Counted from the first letter of the stretch, positions 52,789-62,295 are shown. The stretch is 64,000 nt of DNA from Candidatus Pyrohabitans jungbluthii (GCA_002010065.2 MTMD02000014.1:4534-68533); one strand, 5' to 3'. Numbers and translations are program-made. Notes: generated by a model from the sequence alone, not told the origin.

Positions 52789-53160
52789 CTACAGAGACTT
52801 CAGATAAGCCTCCAGTGCTGTGAGACGCTCGTCGTTCTCTGGCAGAGGCTTGCCCTTCATGGGCACCTCTATGCAGAAGTTTATTACCTCCTTCAGTGTC
52901 ATCTCCCTCTTTGCCATCTTGAAGTATCCCTTGGGGTTGTACTTATCGCCCACTCCGGAGAGCGTCGATGGCTCGGGATGGCAGGTCAGGCAGCTCTTCC
53001 CATTCGTGCCAAGGCTGGCATCCGCGAAAAGCGCCCTGCCGTACTCCACTAAGTTATCCGGCTTCTCTGTCTCTAGAGCCTCTTCAGCCTGAGGCCTCTG
53101 TGCACATCCTGCAAAAATCGCTGCAAGTAACACCACCAGGATTAATCTTTTCACACCCAT
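52789..53160 (-). CDS. Monohaem c-type cytochrome lipoprotein
   Basis: The lipobox-like signal is LLAAIFAGC. A single haem site sits in GRALFADASLGTNGKSCLTCHPE, resembling the first haem motif of the CCP/MauG-type family. A candidate distal Met lies later in the sequence. Confidence 0.7.
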   Translation of the reverse strand: MGVKRLILVVLLAAIFAGCAQRPQAEEALETEKPDNLVEYGRALFADASLGTNGKSCLTCHPEPSTLSGVGDKYNPKGYFKMAKREMTLKEVINFCIEVPMKGKPLPENDERLTALEAYLKSL

Positions 53161-53255
53161 CCCCTCACACCATTTTATATTATAAACATCGAACTATAAA
53201 AAACTTGTCTTTTCTGCCTTTCCAATCTCTATTTTATTTATTATGTATATTCACT

Positions 53256-53942
53256 TCAAACATAGCCCCTGTCGCGCAGGCTGACGTAGCGCCCATCGCC
53301 TATGATTAAGTGGTCCAGCAGCTCTATGCCGAGAAGCTCACCCGCTCGCTTGAGCGCTTTTGTTATGGCGATGTCCTCGCTGCTTGGCTCAGGGTCGCCG
53401 CTCGGGTGGTTGTGGGCCACTATTACCCGGGTGGAAGCCTCTTCAAGGGCGATTCTGAACACCTCGCGAGGCTGAACCACGCTCGCCTCAAGTCCGCCCT
53501 GGGATATGTTCACAAGACGCAGCACCCTGTTTTTCGAGTTCAGGTAGATGCCTGCGAAAATCTCAACCTTTCGCTGCGCCAGCCTAGGGTAGAGCACGCG
53601 AAATGCATCGCCGGAACTTTTAATCACCGGCTTCTCCTCTGCACGGTCCTCCGCTAACCTGCGTGCAAGTTCAAAGCACGCCGCTATCTGGCACGCTTTG
53701 GCGTCGCTTATACCGTGAATCTTCTTCAACTCGGCTACGCTTGCGCTGGCGAGGTCTTTGAGCGAGTACTCGCTCAGAATCCTCGTAGCAAGGCTGAGGA
53801 CGCTCTCCCGCTTAGTGCCCGTTCTGAGCAGGATAGCCAGAAGCTCAGCATTTGAAAGCGCCTCGCTACCATGGCGAATAAGCCTCTCCCTTGGCCTCTC
53901 TGAAAGAGGCATGTCTTTGATTTTAACCACGTACTCGGCCAT
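53256..53942 (-). CDS. radC: RadC-like JAB-domain protein (UPF0758)
   Basis: PRERLIRHGSEALSNAELLAILLRTGT forms the helix-hairpin-helix N-domain. HNHPSGDPEPSSEDI is the JAMM-like motif. Confidence 0.85.
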   Translation of the reverse strand: MAEYVVKIKDMPLSERPRERLIRHGSEALSNAELLAILLRTGTKRESVLSLATRILSEYSLKDLASASVAELKKIHGISDAKACQIAACFELARRLAEDRAEEKPVIKSSGDAFRVLYPRLAQRKVEIFAGIYLNSKNRVLRLVNISQGGLEASVVQPREVFRIALEEASTRVIVAHNHPSGDPEPSSEDIAITKALKRAGELLGIELLDHLIIGDGRYVSLRDRGYV

Positions 53943-53959
53943 TTCCCAAGTGCCAGAAG

Positions 53960-54397
53960 CTAGTTCTTTTGCTGCTGCTCCAGGAAGCGTTTTGCCTTCT
54001 CCCCAAGCACCCGTAGCACGTCTGTGGAAGTTACTATTCCCAGGGGCTTCTTCCGTGTGGGTGAAGCTGTAACCACAAGGCGATGAATTCCATTTTCAAG
54101 CATTACCCTCCCCGCCTCTTCTACGGTGGTTTCGGGGGTTACTGAGATGGTGTACGGCGTCATTATGTCCTCGGCGGTGTACTTGAAGTTAATCCCCGGG
54201 TTACCGTTGGCGAGCTTGAATATATCCAGCGCTGACACAACGCCCACCACATCACCGCCGCTGTCCACCACGACGACGCCCGAGATGTTATTTGTGACCA
54301 TCTTATCAAGAATCTCAGCCACAGTGGAGTCGAGCTTGACTGAGATAATATCCCGCGTCATTATCTCCCCCACTTTCTTGGTCTCCTGCATAACCAA
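53960..54397 (-). CDS. CBS-domain pair protein
   Basis: Two CBS repeats are present (VGEIMTRDIISV...GVVVVDSGGDVVGVVSALDI; IMTPYTISVTPETTVEEAGRVMLENGIHRLVV). Confidence 0.8.
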   Translation of the reverse strand: MVMQETKKVGEIMTRDIISVKLDSTVAEILDKMVTNNISGVVVVDSGGDVVGVVSALDIFKLANGNPGINFKYTAEDIMTPYTISVTPETTVEEAGRVMLENGIHRLVVTASPTRKKPLGIVTSTDVLRVLGEKAKRFLEQQQKN

Positions 54398-54465
54398 CCA
54401 CCTGTTTAATGCCTAAATTACTCTGTAATATAAAAAGGTTATTATTAAAAAGGTTATTATGCAGG

Positions 54466-55353
54466 TTATACAGGAATCCTCTTCCGCAGCTCAGGAAGCT
54501 CTTCCAGCACCTTCTCTGGTGAGTAGCTCCTGAGCTCTTCCACCAGCCTGCGCTCATTCAGCATGTCCTCGCTGAGAGGCAGGGCGACGCCGTCGACATT
54601 TTTTGCATCGCTCATATGCAGCGAAAAGGGCGCCCTGGCGAGCTTGCCACTGGGCGTCTGCGAAGGATCAAGGGTGAGCTGCTTTGCAAGCTTCTCGTGT
54701 CCGCCAGTGATGCGTATGCCCAGCGCAGACCTTATCTTCTCAGCCCATCTACCTGTGAAGCTTGCTAGCGGCGCCTCTTTTGAGAATCGCAGGTACCTGT
54801 TATAGAACTCCGGCGGAAGCTCCTTCTCCAGCAGGAGGTAAACGTGGAAGGAGGAGCCGGTGTACATGGGAAAAAGCTTATACTCAGGCACAAGCGCGTT
54901 AAACTCCTCATCTTCACGTATTAGCTCCACTAGCGCCTTTGTGGCACGCTGTGCCTCCTCAGGCTTGACCTCCTTAGCCCTGTCGATGTCGAAGAATATG
55001 CGCTCTATGGCTTTGCCCTCACCCTCGCCGTTGGTGGCATAGAAGAAGTCGCACAGCTTTCTCGGCAGGAAGTAGTTCCACACCCTAACCTGAGTCTCGG
55101 TAAGCTTCTCCCGAACCTCCCTGAGGGAGCGCAGTCTGAGTTTGAGAAACTCCTCATCAACACTCTCCACGAGCTGCTCAACATAAAGCGTGCCATGCCT
55201 TGAGCCCCGCTTTATTATCTTTGGCCCGCCCGGAATCCACACCCTGGAGGCAAGCTCCTTACCGCGCAGAAAGCCGAAAAGCGCCTTCCCCACCTCGCGG
55301 TAGTAGTAGAGCACGTCCAGCTTACCAAAAGGTGCAAGTACATCCCGAGGCAT
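54466..55353 (-). CDS. Archaeo-eukaryotic primase superfamily protein, LigD polymerase-domain (PolDom)-like, stand-alone
   Basis: The AEP motifs are IFFDIDRA (DxD), YTGSSFHVYL (sG..H) and LTLDPSQ...ARAPFSLH (hD ... aP(Y/F)S). The N-terminal YYREVGKALFGFLRGKEL..R..PGG resembles PolDom. The start is set at ATG 55351-55353. Confidence 0.6.
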   Translation of the reverse strand: MPRDVLAPFGKLDVLYYYREVGKALFGFLRGKELASRVWIPGGPKIIKRGSRHGTLYVEQLVESVDEEFLKLRLRSLREVREKLTETQVRVWNYFLPRKLCDFFYATNGEGEGKAIERIFFDIDRAKEVKPEEAQRATKALVELIREDEEFNALVPEYKLFPMYTGSSFHVYLLLEKELPPEFYNRYLRFSKEAPLASFTGRWAEKIRSALGIRITGGHEKLAKQLTLDPSQTPSGKLARAPFSLHMSDAKNVDGVALPLSEDMLNERRLVEELRSYSPEKVLEELPELRKRIPV

Positions 55354-55522
55354 GGTTTCCCCCTTAAGAAGGGTAAGTGATGGCGTTGGGAAGGATTGTT
55401 GGAAGCATCTTATTCGTATTTTCAAGAATTTTTATGGTATCCTCTGTCGTCCATAGTTTAGTAGATGATAATGTTATTTTAATATTACACAACAAAAACA
55501 GTGGCATAATATTTATATATCG

Positions 55523-56617
55523 ATGATCTGTATTATTTTTATGCACAAGATAAAAATGGTGTATTTATCTGGCTTTGTCTCTCTAATTGTGCTATATTCT
55601 TTATTTTTCACAACGTATACGTGTGCTTTAAGCGTTGAAAATCCGCTTCCGATGGAATACATGGACAGAATTTCTATAATCTCAGCCGAGACTCATAGTC
55701 CTACCGACTCAGGAGACGAAGCCCATCTGGAAGATATCAGAGAGCTTCTTTCAGCTATGGAGTCTATGCTGGTCTCTTTAATGGCAATATATCTGGTTGG
55801 CACATTCATATTTTTAATACTCAGAATGTCAGGAAAATTAGAATTTTTAAAATTTCATAGTTATGTCTACATAAGTGCATTTCTCATAGCAGTCTTTGGT
55901 TTTGGTTATTTGGCTTATCTTATATGGGGAATTTTTTATGCTCTGGCTACTGTTGTGGTGCTTTTATTTTTAGGTTATTTAGGTTATAGGAGTGTTTTCT
56001 CTCCTGACATCTCCATTGAGAAGTCTGAAAAAGAGCCTATATCGGTGTGGAAAGATGTTATTTATGTGGGGAAGAGGAGCTATGCTGGAGGGATATTCTT
56101 TGCTATATGGATGGTTTTAAGCCTATATGTTGCTTTTACAGCTTTTGGAGAAGATAACTGGGTTTCTATTACAGGTCTGTCTTTCTCATTTATTTCCTAT
56201 TGCGGTTTTGTAAGCTCCTTTTTTAGTAATCTAAAGTTATACAGGGAGGGAATATATCAGAGAGATATTCTCCTCAGACCTGAGTTTGTGACATGGAACT
56301 GTGTTGCTGATGTAAAAAAAGTCGAGCATTTTAAAGGTGGAGTAACCATTTCTCTGGAGATGAATAAATTCTGTCGAAAAGTTTATGGAGTGAAGGGTAT
56401 CAGTATATCCCCTTGGGAAGTCGATGATATGGGAAGGGTGTACAACATTATAAAAGAAATTCTCAGATACAGGAAGTCGGCCTCGAGTTTTGAAGAATGG
56501 GCGGAGGAGGAGAAGAGATTACTTCAGGATGCATTAAGCAAAAGACATATTAGTCAGGAACAATATAATAAAAGGATGGAAAAGCTTATGGAATGGGTAT
56601 CCATGATATGTGGTTGA
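55523..56617 (+). CDS. Hypothetical polytopic membrane protein with a cytoplasmic C-terminal domain (AT-rich island)
   Basis: It has six or more hydrophobic helices followed by a soluble tail of about 130 aa. GC is about 33% in spot counts. I recognise no motif. Confidence 0.5.
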   Translation: MICIIFMHKIKMVYLSGFVSLIVLYSLFFTTYTCALSVENPLPMEYMDRISIISAETHSPTDSGDEAHLEDIRELLSAMESMLVSLMAIYLVGTFIFLILRMSGKLEFLKFHSYVYISAFLIAVFGFGYLAYLIWGIFYALATVVVLLFLGYLGYRSVFSPDISIEKSEKEPISVWKDVIYVGKRSYAGGIFFAIWMVLSLYVAFTAFGEDNWVSITGLSFSFISYCGFVSSFFSNLKLYREGIYQRDILLRPEFVTWNCVADVKKVEHFKGGVTISLEMNKFCRKVYGVKGISISPWEVDDMGRVYNIIKEILRYRKSASSFEEWAEEEKRLLQDALSKRHISQEQYNKRMEKLMEWVSMICG

Positions 56618-56679
56618 AATTCAAGGCTTAATTCAGATCAAGTTTTATTTTATTGATACTCAAGCGATTAGAAGTAAGA

Positions 56680-56970
56680 CTATTGCATCTCTTTCCCGGT
56701 TTTCCAAAGTTTGTAATTCCCTTGGAGATATTGTTTGAGTTCTACGAAGAATAAAATTGTGCAAATTATTCCAATAATGATAATAATACCATGAGGTGCT
56801 TGCGGCCATCCATAACCCGGGGTAAAAAATACATGTTTCATCAGCCCAAAGATTGTTTCTTTGGGCGCTGTTTTAATAATATAGTAGGACCAAAGATCGA
56901 ATACTAGTGCTGCAATAAACATTTGTAATACCTGATTTCTCTTCTTCCTCTTTGCCTCTTTAATGTCCAT
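56680..56970 (-). CDS. Hypothetical small membrane protein (paralogue of 10314-10790)
   Basis: MDIKEAKRKKRNQVLQMFIAALVF... and GYGWPQAPHGIIIIIGIICTILFFVELKQYLQGNYKLW align with the protein beside tRNA-Arg. Confidence 0.5.
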   Translation of the reverse strand: MDIKEAKRKKRNQVLQMFIAALVFDLWSYYIIKTAPKETIFGLMKHVFFTPGYGWPQAPHGIIIIIGIICTILFFVELKQYLQGNYKLWKTGKEMQ

Positions 56971-57122
56971 GTTGTATTTTATTTAATTGACAAATTATAA
57001 AACTTGCTTCATTGATGGTTTCTTTATCTGCTCGAAAGGATTGAGCCATCTTAATTTTAAGCTTAGTTAAATTTTAGCAGGTTTAAATTTAAGCATGTGA
57101 TTAATCTACAAAGAAAGAGGTA

Positions 57123-57197
57123 TGGGCCCGCTGGGCTTCGAACCCAGGACCTTTCGCTTATCAGGCGAACGCGCTAACCAGGCTGCGCCACGGGCCC
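57123..57197 (-). tRNA. tRNA-Ile (anticodon GAT)
   Basis: The reverse complement is GGGCCCGTGGCGCAGCCTGGTTAGCGCGTTCGCCTGATAAGCGAAAGGTCCTGGGTTCGAAGCCCAGCGGGCCCA. The anticodon arm is TTCGC-CTGATAA-GCGAA. Confidence 0.9.
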
Positions 57198-57330
57198 TCG
57201 TGATTCGCCTGTGAGTTCACCTCTTAAAATTTTAATGAAAGTGTACCCAAGGTTTATATTCCTCATTCACCAATATTACCTTCGTTAAGCTTTCCCCTCT
57301 TTTCAGGAAGGTGAATACAAGTTGGACCTG

Positions 57331-59217
57331 ATGCAGTTCCGCACCACCGAGGAGATTGAGGTTCCCAAGAACCTCATCGACCAGGTGATTGGTCAGGAGA
57401 GGGCGGTTGAGATTATAAAGAAGGCTGCCCTCCAGAAGAGGCATGTTTTACTGATAGGCGACCCTGGCACAGGGAAGAGCATGCTGGGCCAGGCTATGGC
57501 AGAGCTTCTCCCCACGGAGGAGCTTGAAGATATTCTGGTCTACCCCAACCCTGAGGACAAGAACAACCCTAAAATAGAGGCGGTAAAGGCAGGCGAGGGC
57601 GAGGCGATAATTCAGCGCTTCAAGGAGCAGAAGCGCCGTGTAGAGGCGCCCATAAACACCATGTTCAAGGTGCTCTTCATAAGCGTAATGTTTCTGGTGC
57701 TGTACTACATGCTGGTGCTCCAGCAGCCTTATGTGCTGTTTCTCGGGATAATCGCCTTCGTCTTCCTGCTGATGGGCAGGCAGTACATTAAGGTTAAAGA
57801 CGATGTGCTCGTTCCGAAGCTGCTGGTTAACAACAAGGGCAGGACGAAGGCACCTTTTGTGGACGCCACAGGCTCGCACGCTGGAGCGTTGCTTGGCGAT
57901 GTGCGCCACGACCCCTTCCAGAGCGGCGGTTTGGAGACGCCTCCCCACGAGCTGGTTGAGGCGGGGGCAATCCACAAGGCGCACAAGGGCGTGCTCTTTA
58001 TAGATGAGATTTCCACTCTCGGTATAGAGAGCCAGCAGGCTCTGCTCACCGCTATGCAGGAGAAGAGGTTCCCGATTACCGGGCAGAGTGAGCGTAGCTC
58101 AGGTGCAATGGTGCGCACAGAGCCAGTGCCCTGTGATTTTATTCTCATTGCGGCGGGCAACCTCGACGTGGTCAACAAGATGCATCCCGCCCTGCGCTCC
58201 CGTATTAGAGGCTACGGCTATGAGATTTACATGAAGGATGTGATGGACGACACCCGAGAGAATCGCGACAAGCTGGTGCAGTTCGTAGCGCAGGAAGTTG
58301 TGAAGGACGGCAAGATACCCCACTTCACCCGCGAAGCTGTGATTGAGATAATTGAAGAAGCCAGGAGGCGCGCTGGCAGAAGGGGTAAGCTTACGCTGAA
58401 GCTTCGCGGGCTCGGTGGCTTGGTGCGCGCTGCTGGAGATGTTGCAATAAGCGAGGGTGCGCCCTACGTAGAGGCGAGGCACGTAAAGAAGGCAAAGAAG
58501 ATCGCCCGTACCTTGGAGCAGCAGATTGCCGATAGGTACATCAGTCAGAAAAAGGATTATGAGGTTTACAAGGTTGAGGGCGCAGAGGTGGGCAAGGTTA
58601 ACGGTTTAGCTGTAATCGGCAGCGACAGCGGCGTAATTTTGCCCATTGTAGCCGAGGTGACGCCTGCACAGAGCCGCGAGGAGGGCAAAATAATAGCCAC
58701 GGGCAAGCTGCGCACAATAGCGAGGGAGGCGATTCAGAACGTTAGCGCGATTATCAAGAAGCACACGGGTAGAGACATCTCGAATTACGACGTTCATATT
58801 CAGTTTCTGCAAACATACGAGGGCGTCGAGGGGGACAGCGCCAGCATAAGCGTCGCCACGGCTGTGTTCTCCGCCCTCGAGAATATACCAGTTGATCAAA
58901 GCGTTGCCATGACGGGCTCGCTCAGCGTGCGCGGCGACGTCCTGCCGGTGGGCGGTGTAAACGCGAAGATAGAGGCTGCGCTCAACGCGGGCATAAAGAA
59001 GGTGATAATACCTCACGGAAACCTCAAAGATGTGATGCTTGACCCGGAGAAGCGCAGGAAGATAGAGATTGTGCCTGTGAAGACGCTTTCGGAGGTGCTG
59101 GAAGAGGCGCTGTGCTGGAGCGAGGATCGCGAGGGCTTGCTCGACCGCGTGAAGAGCATGATTTCCCTGCCGAGGGTGGACAGGGCTCTGCCGAGTGTTG
59201 ACAAGCAGGGAAGCTGA
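57331..59217 (+). CDS. lonB: Archaeal membrane-bound Lon protease (LonB)
   Basis: The Walker A motif is GDPGTGKS. Two TM helices are inserted in the AAA+ domain (MFKVLFISVMFLVLYY...IIAFVFLLMG). Walker B is LFIDEI. The protease domain has GDSASISVATAV and a catalytic Ser/Lys region. Confidence 0.9.
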   Translation: MQFRTTEEIEVPKNLIDQVIGQERAVEIIKKAALQKRHVLLIGDPGTGKSMLGQAMAELLPTEELEDILVYPNPEDKNNPKIEAVKAGEGEAIIQRFKEQKRRVEAPINTMFKVLFISVMFLVLYYMLVLQQPYVLFLGIIAFVFLLMGRQYIKVKDDVLVPKLLVNNKGRTKAPFVDATGSHAGALLGDVRHDPFQSGGLETPPHELVEAGAIHKAHKGVLFIDEISTLGIESQQALLTAMQEKRFPITGQSERSSGAMVRTEPVPCDFILIAAGNLDVVNKMHPALRSRIRGYGYEIYMKDVMDDTRENRDKLVQFVAQEVVKDGKIPHFTREAVIEIIEEARRRAGRRGKLTLKLRGLGGLVRAAGDVAISEGAPYVEARHVKKAKKIARTLEQQIADRYISQKKDYEVYKVEGAEVGKVNGLAVIGSDSGVILPIVAEVTPAQSREEGKIIATGKLRTIAREAIQNVSAIIKKHTGRDISNYDVHIQFLQTYEGVEGDSASISVATAVFSALENIPVDQSVAMTGSLSVRGDVLPVGGVNAKIEAALNAGIKKVIIPHGNLKDVMLDPEKRRKIEIVPVKTLSEVLEEALCWSEDREGLLDRVKSMISLPRVDRALPSVDKQGS

Positions 59218-59226
59218 GGCTTGCGC

Positions 59227-60573
59227 ATGTTGCGAGAGGTTCGAGAGCTGTTAGAGCTGCCTGCGCGTTTTGTAGACGTCACCTTGCATGACGTTGAGAG
59301 CACGAGTATTTTGATGAAAGACGGCTCCGCAAAGGAGATTGCCACAGGCAGGAGTTCTGGAATTTCTGTGCGTGTGCTTGACCGCGGCTGGGGCTTCGCT
59401 TACGCGAGCAGTGTCCATGAACTAAAAGATGCGGCGGAGCGCGCCCTGCGTGGTGCCAAGCTTGCGAAGGAGAGGGTGGAGCTTGCTGAGGTGGATGTAA
59501 CCCAGGATAAAGCTGAGGCTATAGCAAAGCTGCACCCATCGCGTGCCACGCTGGAGGAGAAGCTGGACTACCTTTCTCGTGCCCATGAGGTGACAAAGAG
59601 CTACGAAAGCGTGGTGAGCACCAGCTTCGCGTACAACGATGCAAGCGTTAAGATAACCTACCTAAGCTCTGAAGGGGCAGAGGTGGAGATGCGCTACCCG
59701 CGTGTTGCCTTCTATGCGCAGGTTTTCGCCAAGGACGGGGCGAAGATTCAGTTCGCCAGTGAGCGTGTAGGCGCCACCTCTGGCTTAGAGGCTCTTGCCA
59801 ACGTGGAGAGCGTAGCAAAGGACGCATGCGAAAAGGCGCTGCGTCTGCTCCACGCAAGAGCACCGCCTTCCGGCGAGTTTACTGTGGTAATAGACCCGAA
59901 GCTCACGGGCGTATTTATCCACGAAGCTTTAGGGCATGCGGTGGAGGCGGACCATGTGGTGCAGGGCGAGTCTATACTCGCGGGAAAGCTTGGCCAGAGC
60001 ATAGCCTCCGAGCTGGTCACCATCTATGACGACCCTACGCTGAAGCAGGGGTTCGGCTCCTACTTCTACGACGCTGAGGGGGTTAGAGCGCAGAAGAAGG
60101 CACTTGTGGAGAATGGCGTGCTGCGCAGCTACCTTCATAGCCGTGAGACTGCGGCGAAGCTCGGGCATGAACCTACGGGCAATGCTCGCGCTCAGGGGTA
60201 CAATTTCCCGCCCATGCCCAGGATGAGCAATACTTACCTTGCTAAAGGCGATGCCAGCTTCGAAGAGCTTATTGAGGATGTGGAGTTCGGGGTTTACCTG
60301 CTGGGCTCTCGAGGTGGTGAGGTGGACACAGCGCGTGGGGTCTTTCAGTTCTCGGCTGAGGAGGGCTTCCTGATAGAGAATGGCGAGATCACCACGCCGG
60401 TGAGGGATGTGGCTCTGTCGGGGGAGACGCTTGAGATACTCCGCCGTGTAGATGCGGTGAGCAAGCATTGGGGGGTGCACATCGGCTACTGCGGCAAGAA
60501 TGGCCAGCTCGTCGCCGTGGGAGACGGCGGTCCGGCGATTCGAACAGTGGCAACGGTGGGGGGTACGCAATGA
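59227..60573 (+). CDS. tldD: TldD-family metalloprotease
   Basis: HEALGHAVEAD (HExxxH) is present, and the C-terminal GGP..RT.. block of the PmbA_TldD fold is visible. Confidence 0.85.
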   Translation: MLREVRELLELPARFVDVTLHDVESTSILMKDGSAKEIATGRSSGISVRVLDRGWGFAYASSVHELKDAAERALRGAKLAKERVELAEVDVTQDKAEAIAKLHPSRATLEEKLDYLSRAHEVTKSYESVVSTSFAYNDASVKITYLSSEGAEVEMRYPRVAFYAQVFAKDGAKIQFASERVGATSGLEALANVESVAKDACEKALRLLHARAPPSGEFTVVIDPKLTGVFIHEALGHAVEADHVVQGESILAGKLGQSIASELVTIYDDPTLKQGFGSYFYDAEGVRAQKKALVENGVLRSYLHSRETAAKLGHEPTGNARAQGYNFPPMPRMSNTYLAKGDASFEELIEDVEFGVYLLGSRGGEVDTARGVFQFSAEEGFLIENGEITTPVRDVALSGETLEILRRVDAVSKHWGVHIGYCGKNGQLVAVGDGGPAIRTVATVGGTQ

Positions 60574-61838
60574 CACCAGAGCAAGCGCTTCGCTGGCTGG
60601 AGAGGCAGGGCTGCGAGGGCGAAATATACGAGTTAAAGCAGCGCAGCTATGGGATTGAAATAAAAAGGGGCGAAGTTGAGCTGGTGGAAGCGGGGGAGCA
60701 GCATGGTTTTGCGATACGCGTGCTCCTCGCGCATCGCATGGGCTTCGCCTATGGGAATGAGCTTACTCAGGAGCTTTTGGACAAAGCACTGAGCGTGGCG
60801 AGAGTTTCTCCTCAGGATGAGCACTTAGCCTTCGCTGGAGAGCAGAGCTACCCCAGCGTTAAGGGAATTTACGACTCTCGTTTAGCTTCGCTTAGCTTTG
60901 ATGAGCTTGAGGATAAGCTGGAGGCGATGCTTGCGCCCGCGCAGAGCCTTGGGGTAGAGGTGACTCAGGCGAGCGTCGCTTGGGAGGTGAGCGAGGAGCG
61001 AATGCTCAACAGTCTTGGCGTGGAGGTGAGCGAAGAGGGCACGGAGATATATGCCCATCTCAGCGCGGTCGCAAAAAGGGGCGATGACGTAGCCACGGGC
61101 ATGCACTTCGACGCCTCGCGAAGTTTTGATTTAAATTTCGAAGCGGTTGGCGAGACCGCATGCCGCCTAGCTAAGGAGTCGCTGGGCGCGCAGAAGCTGG
61201 AAACAGGCGACTATGCCGTTGTTCTCCGCCCTATCGCAATGGCGGAGCTGGTGGAGAATGTGCTAATCCCGGCGTTCAGCGCGGATAATGTGCAGCGGGG
61301 GAGAAGCCGCTTGGCGGGCATGCTCGGCGAGCAGGTCTTTGGCGAAGAGCTAAGCGTAGTGGACGACGCAACCCTTGAGGCTGGGCTTGAGACCTCGTGC
61401 TTCGACGGCGAAGGTACCGCTTGCAGGAGCAAGGTGCTGGTGGAAAAGGGTGTGCTCAGAGGCTACCTCTACGATATATATACAGCGCGCAAGGCTGGTG
61501 TAGAGAGCACGGGCAATGCGTTTCGCAGCGGTTTCGCGACGCTTCCGCGCATCGACGCCTCGAACTTCATAATCCAGGGCAACAGCAGCTTAGACGAAGA
61601 CGAAGCGCTGGTGGTTCACGGTTTGATAGGTGCGCACACCGCCAACCCTGTTACAGGCGACTTTTCCGTCGAGACGAGAAATGCCTTTTATGGTGGCTCA
61701 CCCGTGAGAAAGGCAATACTTGCAGGGAATGTTTACGACCTGCTGAGTAGCGTTTCGGGCTTTGGCAGAGACGTAACCCAGATTTCGGGTGTGGTCACAG
61801 CGAGTGTGGGCTTTTCAAATGTGAGAGTTGTAGGCTAA
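60570..61838 (+). CDS. pmbA: PmbA/TldE-family protease partner
   Basis: It shows paralogous PmbA_TldD fold blocks (GFAIRVL, GNAFRSGFATLP, HTANPVTGDFSVE) without HExxxH. ATG 60570 overlaps the TldD stop (ATGA). Confidence 0.85.
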   Translation: MTPEQALRWLERQGCEGEIYELKQRSYGIEIKRGEVELVEAGEQHGFAIRVLLAHRMGFAYGNELTQELLDKALSVARVSPQDEHLAFAGEQSYPSVKGIYDSRLASLSFDELEDKLEAMLAPAQSLGVEVTQASVAWEVSEERMLNSLGVEVSEEGTEIYAHLSAVAKRGDDVATGMHFDASRSFDLNFEAVGETACRLAKESLGAQKLETGDYAVVLRPIAMAELVENVLIPAFSADNVQRGRSRLAGMLGEQVFGEELSVVDDATLEAGLETSCFDGEGTACRSKVLVEKGVLRGYLYDIYTARKAGVESTGNAFRSGFATLPRIDASNFIIQGNSSLDEDEALVVHGLIGAHTANPVTGDFSVETRNAFYGGSPVRKAILAGNVYDLLSSVSGFGRDVTQISGVVTASVGFSNVRVVG

Positions 61839-61848
61839 GCTTTAGCTG

Positions 61849-62295
61849 GTGGTTACGGTGAAGCTGTTTATAAGGACCCAGCCCCTGCGGAAGAAAATGC
61901 ACGGGAAGGAAGATGAGCGGATAAAGAAGAGCTATGAGGAGATTCTGAAGTATCTGGATATACCCAGCGATGGCATAGCTACGCACTGCTTTGGCGTTGA
62001 GGAAATCATAGAAGTCGAGAGATACCCCTTTCTCAGGGGGTACCAGCTGTGCATTAAGCACGGCAAGTCTCTTCGCAAATTTATCACCCTCTACCTGAAG
62101 CAGCGGTACAAAATTCACGATAGGCTCACGCTGTTCTTCGACGAAAACGGAAAGCACGTGGATACAGAGTACATCCACACTCTGGGCACTGTGCACCGGG
62201 TGGAGAAGAAGGAGAAGATTAAAGAGTACGAGTGTGGAATAGAGGTACTGTTCTCCCAGGTGCTGGGCGAGAAGGTGGAGCTTATAATAGAGTAG
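61849..62295 (+). CDS. Hypothetical protein
   Basis: The ORF has coding-like composition. It starts at GTG 61849, or possibly ATG 61897. I recognise no motif. Confidence 0.4.
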   Translation: MVTVKLFIRTQPLRKKMHGKEDERIKKSYEEILKYLDIPSDGIATHCFGVEEIIEVERYPFLRGYQLCIKHGKSLRKFITLYLKQRYKIHDRLTLFFDENGKHVDTEYIHTLGTVHRVEKKEKIKEYECGIEVLFSQVLGEKVELIIE

